A DNA stretch of 55,777 nucleotides, filler included, from Sphacelaria rigidula (taxonomy: Eukaryota): assembly GCA_964200075.2 (NCBI GenBank). It is 4 parts of 4 records of this genome, joined end to end, with 100 filler letters (N's around TTAATTAATTAA, not from the genome) between each part and the next. Parts side by side here need not be neighbours in the genome. Positions count along the whole stretch, not along the records: positions 27,943 to 41,810 come from CAXNAA020002622.1; positions 41,911 to 55,777 come from CAXNAA020002623.1; 2 more parts are not named here. One strand, written 5' to 3'. Shown in pieces: positions 39,243 through 50,169 of the stretch (within the stretch, counting starts at the first letter, position 1; every line of letters begins with the position of its first letter). Below the pieces are notes generated by a model, which was given only the letters and a program-made list of their open reading frames with translations, had not been told where the DNA came from and searched no databases. The position numbers were made by a program, and so were the translations under genes.

Positions 39243-40844
39243 TGACCAGGGGCGTAATACCGCCATTTTCGGGCCGACTGGTTATTTTTCGGTCGTTCGC
39301 CCACACGAAAAAATTAGAGCCTCCAACACAGGGAGCAAGCACGCCATCAATATGCGCGGCAACAGAGTAAGTGAGAAGATCGTCGCGGAGAGACAAGTGG
39401 CCGCCCCCATTCAACACTGTTTGGACAAGTGTTTTACATGCGTACATATTTGTCGTACTTCAGTATGGAACCGTGAGGGACCAATCATTTTCGATTTTTG
39501 GATGACTTCTAAATGACAAAAAAACAAACACAGAAGCTGCGCGGACAAAAAATAGGGGAGTTGTTTCTGGTTCCTGAGTGATCTCATGCTGACAGCAAAA
39601 ACAAAATAGGCGAACAAAAGGGGAGGGTGGAAGGTGCGTTCCGCATGGGTGTTCGTGCGTACGTTAGATACCAGCGTGTTCTTCATAACGCGGACCGACG
39701 ATCACCCGTCCCGACTAGCAGACTACAACCAGGGTATATCGTAGGTGATGATGTTTGTCACCGGTACGTAAAATACCACCCCCCGGATGGCACAAAAACG
39801 GCTACTTATGGCAACAATTCCGGTATCTGAAGTACAGTGTTGAGATACGGTTTAGAAGGCATTGGTTAATTTGGCGGGTGATCCGTTGGATACATGACAA
39901 ATTTCGGGGGGTGGGCGGAGCCCATGCCGGTGTAAACATGGTCGTTCCGAGAGTGAAGTATCCACACGAAGTTTTCTTCAGCGACTGTCATTTTCCGGCG
40001 CATTTACCTTACGGGCGTCAATTATCTTGTTGCGGCTGAAAAACCGTGTAACTTGAGGCGATGGGTTGATATAAAAGAGATGATCGACCGATATGTTCGA
40101 CAGCTTCAACGACAGCCACAACTGATGAAGCAACTACTCATGCAGTCACCCCTCTCAAGCAATCGATGGACGCGACTATAAAAATAAAAACACAATCAAC
40201 TAATCGACTGATAATCAGCCAAACAATCAATATATCAATCGATAAATTACTACGAAAATCCACCCACAGATCGATTCAAGGCTCAGACGAATAATCGCCG
40301 GTTCGAATAACCAAATCCACGATTTTTCGAGGCCTGATCTCCTCTCTCTCTCTCTCTCGAGAAAAAAAAGTTGACCGCTTGTCAAAAAGGTCTCCACGCA
40401 ATTTTTGCGCCATTTCCACGTGCCTGCCTGGGTAGCGCGTGCCTTTCTTTGCAACGCCGTATAAACAAAGCCCGAGGGTTGATTTCTACGGTACGAACCA
40501 ACCACTCTGAAATAAAGTAATTTCGAGAAGAATCATTAACTAGCCCGATCCTTGAACCGATTCATCGATTCTTTCATTAATCAATAGCGAATGGGTGCAC
40601 GATACGCCACGAGAAAGCCATCCATACGTCGGACAGCTCATGCGCTGGCTCATTTGACCCCTTTACACATACTTGCTCCCTATCGCGCCGGACACCAAGC
40701 AGGCGCAGTAGCGCTAAGATAACGCTTTGGTTTCTCCGGACCCGGTGTCACGTATTTTCTGTTCTAGGACAACGGATCTGAGGGTCCTCTTCGATCGCTT
40801 ATGTTAGGGTAGCTCATGAGCTGTCCGACATGTGAAGATTATCT

Positions 40845-41407
40845 CAGCAATGCTACAGTAGGGGTTGTACTTCTTGTTTCTGTTTTTTTTTTTGTAGGAG
40901 CCCAAATATATGGGGCTTACTGTGCAACCCAAATCTCCGGGGCCGGACTACCAGACACATGGTGCTTGCACACAGGGTCCTTTTTGTGGATCGGCATAAT
41001 TCATTTTCAGTTTTTTTCAAGTAAAAATGATGCAGATTCTCAAGATGACCCGTCCAACTGTCGCCATTAGGGTGGAGAGAACGGGGGTTCGATTCCCGAC
41101 GCGTTGGGTTTTTTCTTCGTAATGTCTGATTCCCACCGTGGAAAGCGTGAGAACGTGAGTGAACAAAGTAATCGGCTGGGATTGTGTGACGTGAGTTGAC
41201 GCGGTGCGGGGGGTGCTGACCCAATCCGCGAGACCAAAATGAAGGGCGCGTACCGGGGGAGATATGGGTTGATCCCTTGAGACCACGGGCTCATCCCGAG
41301 GAAGGGGAAGGGTTCAAAGTGCGAGGGAGGAAAAAAAAAACACTCCGAGCAGCTCCGAGAAACGTTTCCGCAAGAACAAACGTGAAACCTCTACCGTAGC
41401 CTTGCTC
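40845..41407. mobile_element. MITE (TIR CAGCAATGCTACAGTAGGGG / CCTCTACCGTAGCCTTGCTC) interrupted by a SINE
   Basis: Terminal inverted repeats; ATCT on both flanks; internal homology to 33407-33651. Confidence 0.75.
41053..41340 (+). mobile_element. tRNA-derived SINE, 5'-truncated copy
   Basis: Direct repeat of 16985-17278; B box GGTTCGATTCCC; A10 tail. Confidence 0.82.
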
Positions 41408-41747
41408 ATCTATCGTTGTTTTGTTATTGTTATTGTACACACCTGTGACGAGAGCACCCAAAGATACCGTGAACGCGCTGATGCTGAGAAGCAGCTCGAA
41501 TCTCAGGATGTTGTTTCGGAGAACGTCCAGCTGGATTTCAACGACCTCTGATTAACACGAGCAAAACAGGAAAAGAGCCGACATCGTTAAATCGTCAAAT
41601 CAACGTTCAGAACAATGTCACAGAAGGTAGGTAGTAGGTACATCTATCTGGATGCCAACGATCATCTGTTAGACTTGAGACGAACAAGGCAAAACATAAT
41701 TATTATGCCATCATCATTAATTATCTCATCCATACACGAAGCCGGTC

Positions 41748-41810
41748 GCCCCGGTGGCTCAGTTGGTAACCTCGTAACCTTCTGACGGTTGAGTTGTGGG
41801 GTTCGGTTCC
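41748..41810 (+). mobile_element. tRNA-like head of a second SINE family (or tRNA pseudogene), cut by the gap
   Basis: GCCCCGG TGGCTCAGTTGG (A box) ... GGTTCGGTTCC (B-box-like); D and anticodon arms are non-canonical. Confidence 0.55.
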
Positions 41811-41910
41811 NNNNNNNNNNNNNNNNNNNNNNNNNNNNNNNNNNNNNNNNNNNNTTAATTAATTAANNNNNNNNNNNNNNNNNNNNNNNNNNNNNNNNNN
41901 NNNNNNNNNN
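41811..41910. other. Assembly gap with TTAATTAATTAA linker
   Basis: N-run with linker. Confidence 0.98.
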
Positions 41911-43352
41911 CATCTCGGATGGGATGCGTGGTCAATGGTCGAACGACTAAGGCAAGCAACAAATGAGTACGCCCCGCACCTGACTTCTCCAACAAGAAAA
42001 GGAATAAAAAAAAATCCAACGCCAGATTTTCGGAGAAATTTGTAGTTTGTCTTGCATCGATCTATCTCCTGCCCTGGTTGAAAATCTTCCCTCATATTTT
42101 CCGGAGAAGGTTTTCTCCGATAAAATCGGAGAATTCGGGGGGGAAACTAGACCTCGTTTCACACTACCCTTTACTCCATCTTTTCTTTCTGTCGACTTTT
42201 TTGCGTAGGACTGGGGATTTATTGCTGGCAAGAGACGAAGGCGAGGGGGGCCGCCGCTACGGACTTGTTCAGCGAATAGACGCGGAGGAGGGAGGGCCGT
42301 TGGCGTGCCGGTTGGCAAAGTGGGAGAACGGACAACAAGTGTTGTCTGTGTTTGAGGATGAGTTTCGTGGGATCGGGCAACTTTAGGCAGTATCGGTATT
42401 TCAAAGCCTGTATACATATGGGCATCCCTTTGCCGCGTAGTGTCGTGTCCACCAATTTGTCGCTTTGAAACTCACGTACATATATATATATAGATGTGTG
42501 TGTGAGTTGAGTCTTGCGAACCTGCTGCCTCGTCCTCATGGTTCATGTGCTAACTGCTTTGTTCGCGGTTCGCGCCGCCGGGTGCTTTCTAGCGGGGCAG
42601 TGTAAGGTGGGCAACACGCAAAAGCGAGCTTAGTGGAGCGACTCGGTCGTTGACCTCAGCGCAGCCGTCATTCCACCATCCTTGAATGGACAAGTGACCA
42701 AGGCCTGCGGTCTGCTGTTCATGTCACGCCTGAACCGTCGAGCGTTTCTTGTTGGAATTGTCCATGTTCTGGGCACACGATTTGGTTGACAAAAATACGA
42801 TCCGCCGACTCACATTGCGGTGATTTGGGCTTCGAAAAACAAACAAAAGTGAGGCGGAGTATACTTGCAGACGCATTTACAGCATGTTTACATTATCATG
42901 CACATACTTGGCGGTGAATCTCGGCGGAGGCACAAATTACGGAGCGTGCTGATAGCAAAACTCAGCAACTCCAAGAGGTGGCGAAGATACTGTTCGAGTA
43001 CATTTATGTCCTAGCGAGTATACAGAATGAGTGGATAATTTTTCGTCTCTAAAGCGTGACAGACATCTTACCGCGCACCAGATACACTAAACTTACAGAT
43101 TATGACAGAACAAGTACTGTGATTCTGCATCAACACTCCACCAGATCAACGCATGTACCCAAATCGGGCGTACATCCATAACAGTTACTTTCAATTCACG
43201 AAGCAAAGCTTCCAAGGAAACTCTACGCTTACGAGAGCACTCACAGAACACGACATAGAACCATAAAGGGACACACACGGGTGGGTGAGTCCCGCTTTCC
43301 AATCAACGTTAGCTACAGATCACCCCACTCCCCGTGTGTACACATACGGCCC

Positions 43353-46300
43353 TCAACACTTCCACTGATCCTTCAACCATCGTACATCTTGCACCGTGAA
43401 ATCGGAGGCAAATGACGTCCCGAATGTTCCTGGCGCGAGCAAAGGCGACGGCTGGCTCTTTAAAACAACTTGCGCACTGGACAGCACGACAGTGTCTACC
43501 TCGCCGCGTGCTACCGTCGCCCGGCTGGAAGAAGACCCGAGGGATGAAGAGTTAGCGACAAAAGCACCGGGGGCCGGGGCCGCACGCCAATTGGTCTTTA
43601 TCTTGCGAAACGGTTGCCCCCATCGAAGCACAATCTCGGCTACTTCAGCAGCTGCCGCGGTGTCATCGACGCCATCGTGAGGTGAAAACCCGCCGGCGGT
43701 TGGTGCGTTCGGTACTGCACCGCCGACACCTTGACGGGAAACTGGGGCGCCGGGAGAGTCTCCGGGCAGCAAAATTCCCAGTGTGTTCCGGCAGAACTTC
43801 AAGAGCTCTGTAGGTGTCTTGGGCTGCAGAAGGAACTTTTCCTGTGCGAGAGGAGGAAGGCAGAAAAAAATGAACGAGGGAGGTTGCGTGCTGCTGCGGG
43901 AAAGCACGAGAATCGAGTCTCATCCGACTCGAGGAAGAATCGACCGGCTGGCATGCTCTCGATCGGCTTTTCGATTGTCATGCATTTTTTTTCAGTGCCA
44001 TTCCTTTCACACGGGTAAAATGAATTGATGCCCAGGCGATCCACCCCTGTGGTCTACGGGCTCACACGAATAATACAAAATGTGTAGACTGTTGACCACC
44101 CGGATAGAAGAAAGTTACGCTCTTCAGCTGTATCGCATCAAACAACGGACACCTGTACGAACACGCGACAACATACCTATTTCCGTCCCAATATTTGCTC
44201 ACCAAATCTCTCTTCCTTTCGTGCAATCTAGCGAGACCCAGCTTTCTCTGTTCTCCGGCGTCCGCAGTAGCGCCCGTGACCTCGGCTTTCTTGGCTCTGC
44301 TTTCCGCTGCGGGATAAAGAGGCGGTATGAGAAGCAGACCGAACGGAGACACAAGTAGGATCAAATTGGTATTTCCAGCAAAACGCGAAGTCAAGCCGAG
44401 AGACACGAGGAACAACTGATTGCCGGGGTAAAGCACTCTCGTCACGTCCAATGGACTGCACTCTTGTCACAGCTAGCAAGACGACGACACGAACAATTTG
44501 TCCCGGCAATATTTCCGACATATCCCGATTTGACAATGGACAGGCATCGATCGAACGCATAGCTCAACATGTCCCACTGCACTCTGCAATCCAGGCGAAA
44601 CGGCTCAAAGGCAGAAAGCAAATCTTGAGGTTCGCACATATTGTGTCATCATCCAGGCATCCGAGATACGGCCGACAAACAATGGTCGGGTGGAAACACG
44701 AAACAGGGCGTTGCGAATCTCGATCACCTTGCCGTTCGGTGACCAGTTTCAGCAGAGGTGGTAACCGTCGCCAGGAACTCATCTCTTTCGCGGGGACCAC
44801 CTCCAAAGACGCACGCAGCGCGCCAGCGCTGAGCGGGAAGTACTCTGGCTCGCTACGAGCAGGGGTCGACGTGCCAGCACCGTCCGCGGTGGAGTTGGAA
44901 TATTCTCGTTTCACATGGGTTGGGGGTGCGCTTGGCGCCGAATGCCTTTCTAGTTCTTGCCGTGGTCTTTTCTTCCCCGCAGCTCCTGTCAACCTGCCGA
45001 ACCTTCCGTCATGATCGTCACTCTCTTGGTCATCTTCTAGACTATCGGAGCCCTTCTCTGACATATCCTCCTCGTCGCTGTCATCACGGTTTCCTGACGC
45101 AGGGCGTGCACCACGGCTCCCATCATTGGCAGCACCAGCCGAGCTGCAGGCCATTCCATCCTTCTGCTTCTCACCGTTTTCGGTGACTGGAGGACTAAGG
45201 GTGGCACATGGATCCAAGCAAAGATTTCCGCAAGGAAGCCTGTGTGCGGTGGAGAAATGGTGCGGATACCGGCGAGGGCGCAGAGAGGGGCTCATGAGAC
45301 CACGTAAACTTTTCCCTCGGTCATCGTGAGGATTTTCACGTGCTTTTCGAGAGGTGGGGAGAGGGGGCGGCGTGGACAAATGTAAGGAGTGCTAAACATT
45401 CACCGCCGAGGATGGCCGCTTTTGTCCAACAAGCAGTGGGGGTACGGGGGTCTGGGGTTTCTGTTGTTCGACGGCGGAAGCTCCACGCTCGACCGGAGGC
45501 AACAGGTGATTCGAAATTCATCGTAGGAACACTTCAGTCGCGATGCGCCTCGAAAATTGTGAAAATGATGAATGCATTGCTTCAGAGGTCCACGTACAAG
45601 ATTTCACCATCAATAGATTATACTCGAAGCACGAATCCCCTCAGTCTTCCCATCGCCCATGTGCCAGAAGTAAGGCAAACGACAGCTGTACCACATACCT
45701 CAAACCTTCTCGCTGCGTCCGCGAGTATTGCGCTTCATGAGCCGTTTTTCTTCTGTGCACCCACGAACATGAATCTACCCTCATCAGCGGTGGATGCCCT
45801 CATGTGAGCCGCGAGCGAGTAGTCGCAATCCCTCTGTCCATCCCCAGACTGCGTCCACACATATTTCACTCACATCGACTGTATACGATCCGACAGGATA
45901 CAGCTGTGCTGTGCAAGCGCAGCAGTCGCGGGTCCGTCGGTAGATTTCCCCCCGTTCTCGCCCCCTGTGCGCCGTATCTCCAGGCGCTGACCGTATACGT
46001 CCCCGGCTGACGTCGCGTAAATGAAGCAAAGCCCATCTAGGCAACGATAAAATGGGGATAAAATATTCACGACAGTGACGGCGCGCCTGAAAACGGTACA
46101 ACGGTGTTTGGCTTAGTTTCAGTGTGCGGAGTAGGGTTGAGCGTGCTGCGGAGCGTTTACAGGGAAGGGGGAACCTGCAGTGGCAACGTAAGGCAACGGT
46201 AGTTACCACAGTGAGATAACGAAAGCTAGGATATCCCTTAAGTGAGGGCGCCATCCGACGTGCGAAAATAGGCTCATTAGGGAGTACATGCCCTGGTGCA

Positions 46301-49300
46301 CTATATTGCTCTTATAGCTGGGTGCCGTGAGCGCATGGATCATTGCTCCAGGGCTGTCGCTGCCGGTAGGCTCCACGCACTCTTTGCGTTCGACCACAAA
46401 AGACAATAATAATTAACAGGAGGGAGCACCCCCGTGAAACGCCTGAGTGTAACGGACAGTGGGGGGTTCTCCATGTCTCACCGTTTCCTTCATGTTCTTT
46501 GCCGTCTACTGGCGGGAGAGGTGCGATAAGAGCGCCGCTGCGAGTTTCTCCTACGGCCAGAGTTGACGCAGGCACGCTGAATGTCAAGGGGCGACGGGCA
46601 GCCTGCAAGCAAAATACACATGCATGCGCAGGTGTAGGCGGAATTGGTGTGAAGACTGTGGGACGTCGCGGGATCATGGTCTGAGTCGTAAAATGTGAAT
46701 CAACGTACGCGAGATAAGATGGAACAAAGCAAGAGGAACCATGGGTGGGGAACGGAAGTAATTTACAGGGCAAAATTTGTCCTTCTGGTTCTGGCGAAGC
46801 ACCCACTTTCAAGGAAACACAGATGAGTCACAAAGACGACCAGAAGTAGCTTCTGGTTTGAGTACGTGTGATGTAATTTCAAAACATCAGCACACAGTCG
46901 ATGGATCACAAACTGATGCTCAGCACCGTCCCAACCTTTGCCGTCAGTGATACACACACAGCTTACTCATCTGCGATACAAACAACGACACAGCAACAAC
47001 ATATTTTCTCACTGACGCCGCCGGAGAAGTTTCGTCCAGTCCTAACCGTGTCTGAAAGCCCCGCCAGTTCGGCACGTCCTTTGCCCACGTGTTCACGTAG
47101 TACCGCGGAGAGCTTCGTCCCGAGGCCAAAATCATTTCTGCGAGGATACAAAGTGGTGGAGAGACGGAGTCAGGTACACCAGGATTGAACAGTACGATTT
47201 TCTCGACATTTTGACTTTGTTGAACGTAAAAATTTGCTCTGGGCATATTCAGCAGCGAAACCTAATCGGCAACATCACTGAGACCTCTGCAAAGCGGTGC
47301 CCACAAGCTTCTCCACGACTGCAACGGACACATGGACGACAGCGCACCTTCCGCGTCAACTCCCTCGCCTGGTAAGCCCGGCAGCCACTTTAGCTGATCC
47401 ACTTCATGCGGAAGGTCCCACCTAACACAAAGAAAGAGGGCGTGCACATGTGTTTCTCAACATCGAAATAGTGAACAACCCGCCCGTACAGATGATATGT
47501 ACCCGCTGAGCACGCCACTCTACAATACTCGAAGTAATTCGGTGAGGGAGTAAGTACTTTAAATCTAGACTCATGAATTACAATCTCGTCGATTGTACTG
47601 TAGATAGCGGACATCGGGTCGGGCGGAGTACCAATGCTTTCGATCACGAAGCTAGTATAGCACACTGGAGAAAAAAAAAAGAGTCAGAACTCAGCACCCA
47701 TGGAATCTCAACAGACAAAGAGGGGTAGTGCGCTCCCCATCCCTGACTGTTACAGAGGGATTACCTAGCTACAGCGTCCCTTGGAAAGCGGTCGTCCATG
47801 CACGCCAGGTGCAGGCCCGCCGCAACAAACACCTCGTGCACTGATCGCCGTCCGACTGCGAGTGCACGTATTTTAGGCCGCTCGCCTCTCCCTCCGAACC
47901 CGCCAGATCCACCTCTAGAAATACTCGCCGTGCTCTGAAACTCGAAATACACCCCGAGATCAAGTGCGGGCGCCAAGGACGTGGAAGACGCGCGTTCCCT
48001 CAAATCCACGCGATACGCGTTGTGCTGAGCCGCCATCCAAAGCACACGCGGGTGGTGACCGTAGTCGAGCGATACGTCGGCATTTCGGGTGCGACGGGCC
48101 CGCGCTGCGGATTGCACGCCGCCGCTTTCCCCGTCGTTGATATTATGTACAGACGCAGAAAAATGTAGGGGCCCAGCGCCGTGCATCACGGCACCTCGGT
48201 TCGGGTGCCACACAAAGAGCCGGAAATCCTCGTCCAGGAAGGCTGCATTCGCGCGAGTGAAAGGAGAACAGGCGCTGCATGTTAGGCGTCTAGCGAACAC
48301 TAACTTTTCCACGGCAATTAAACCGTCCCTGTTCACCCGAAATCCCCCGAGAATCCCGGGGTAGCTGTCACCGAAGCAATCCTCTGCAGGCCTCGACTCT
48401 TCCACACCTTTCGCCCCGCTGCGTAGGAGCTCGAGATCCCCGCGAAGCTCCACTAGAGTTACGCTGTAGTCACAGCGCACGAGTATCTTCGGAGGTTGGT
48501 TAGGCACTGGCATGGCGGCAGAGATCTGTCGAATACGTCCCGAATCTATAGCCAAACGCTCCCCTTTAGCAACCGCGGCTTGATTATTATTGTCCACCCT
48601 TGCTCTGCTCGCATGTCCACCTCGCTCCCCGGCTCGTCGCTCTCCGCTTTCATCGACCTCGATATCATTGCCTAACTCGCCATCGTCTCTGCTCTCATCA
48701 CCATCGTCCGCGCTGGAGAGATCAGTGCCCCTCGAGTTCGACCCACCGTTACTTCGCTTTGAGAGCCAACATTCCCGCGGGCGAAGTAAAGCTATGTCAG
48801 CATTGTTTGCACCGACGGTGTGGACGAGTAGTGGAAGATCCGTCGAGGGGCGAATTGCGTCCACTCCCGCTGTAAGATTTTCCAAGCACGGGCCTGGCCA
48901 TGAGAGATCCCCGCAGAGGTGGTCAGGCTGGTCGAGGCACCGAGAGCTCTTGTTCAGCTTGCTGAGGCGGGGGCATACCCGGTGAGGGACGGCCGGAGTA
49001 TTGAAGGAATGAAGAGGTTGGTGGAGGACGAGAAGGTGTGGTCTATTGTTGTTGTTGCATACGCATGAATCGCCGTACGATAGAGTCGCACATGAGGCAC
49101 GATCACCCTGTCGCCGATCAATTAGTTCCGCCCGTTCTACTGAAGGTGCGCGTACTACTCTTCGCACGCAGATTTTACAGGGCACTGTACTGTGCTGTAT
49201 TGTACAGTGCATTACGAAAGTGCTCTACACCCTGACCCATGGTAGTCGTATTCACATCCCGGTCAAGACAGACAGATGGGGAAGGAAACAGCCGAAATTA

Positions 49301-49911
49301 GAAATTAGGGAGGCAGAGCGGTCGCACCTATCCTCTTGAATCAAGTCACTCAGGAACTCGACGGGCAGGCAGATATCGTCCCGCTCCTGGAGAAACGCCG
49401 AGGCTGCATCGAACGCCGTATCCTCCCTCTCCCACGCGGACCAGCGAATTTGTCGATGCCTCCCAATCGCCGAGTATCCATCGTAGTTTCTCGCGAGAGC
49501 TCGAGGGGCACCCACTGTCGTGACACACGGGTCTGCAAGAGTACGACGGTACCGTAGATACGACCCACCGAACGTCGTTGGCAACAGATGCAGCCACGAG
49601 GCGTAAACGTCGGAGAGCAGCAGCTTGGTTTGTGCTGCGAACAGAATGCTCCAAAAATACAGCACACTCGAGGACACTTGCTAAATCGTGGCTGGATATG
49701 CTGTGAGGCTACACGGCACACACTACCCAGAAACTCCGTCCTCTGTTATTGGTCGCAACACTTACTCCGTAGTCAAATTCAAATATTTGACTTGAACATG
49801 CTGGGGTGTCGAAGTCACGCTGCTTTGCTCTCGTACTGTACACTTCCTCCACACACCTGAGGTGAGCAATACATTGGGATCCCGAAATCTGTGAAACCCA
49901 GCGTTCTCCAT
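43353..49911 (-). CDS. TAF1C: TAF1C/Rrn6-like RNA polymerase I initiation factor subunit (beta-propeller), multi-exon
   Basis: Phase-consistent exons 49911-49857, 49532-49328, 49042-47765, 47421-47348, 47137-47013 and 46602-46482. Later exons are less certain (~46382-46290, ~46086-45874, within 45379-44564, ~44306-44177, last 43841-43353). Motifs GRIRQI, LVRCDY, CSPF, DYGHHPRVL, MDDRFP...RW and ATSAGDVYGQRL occur in the same order as recalled human TAF1C motifs (GPVRQV, AVRSDY, LSPH, FTAHPRVL, VDERLP...KW, LSAAGDVFYQQL). Confidence 0.72.
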
Positions 49912-50169
49912 CCTTCTAGCACCTCATGCTCCGCTTGCGACTCAACTGCACACACCGCGCAGACAAGCCAGGCGAACACTGGATCAGCTGTTGCCGTAGA
50001 GCCCCCCCCCCCCTGAAAATACGCATACCCGTGAAACCACCCCCCCCCCCTATAAAAATTGATATACCATCCGTCCCGAGGTCGTTTGTGTGGGTTGTGT
50101 GGGTGTGTGGTCTTGGCACTCCAGGGTTGTTCACGACCTTGCCCCACCCCGTGGTTCAGCAGTAGAGCG
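49912..50169. promoter_or_regulatory. Probable bidirectional promoter/5'UTRs between TAF1C-like and RPL15; TATAAAA at 50051-50057 next to two poly-C tracts
   Basis: 258 bp between divergent ATGs; C-tracts at ~50002-50013 and 50039-50050. Confidence 0.6.

Noticed and set aside
41748..41810. Functional tRNA gene
   Set aside because: D arm does not pair properly, B box is mutated and the 3' end is lost in the gap; more consistent with a SINE head.
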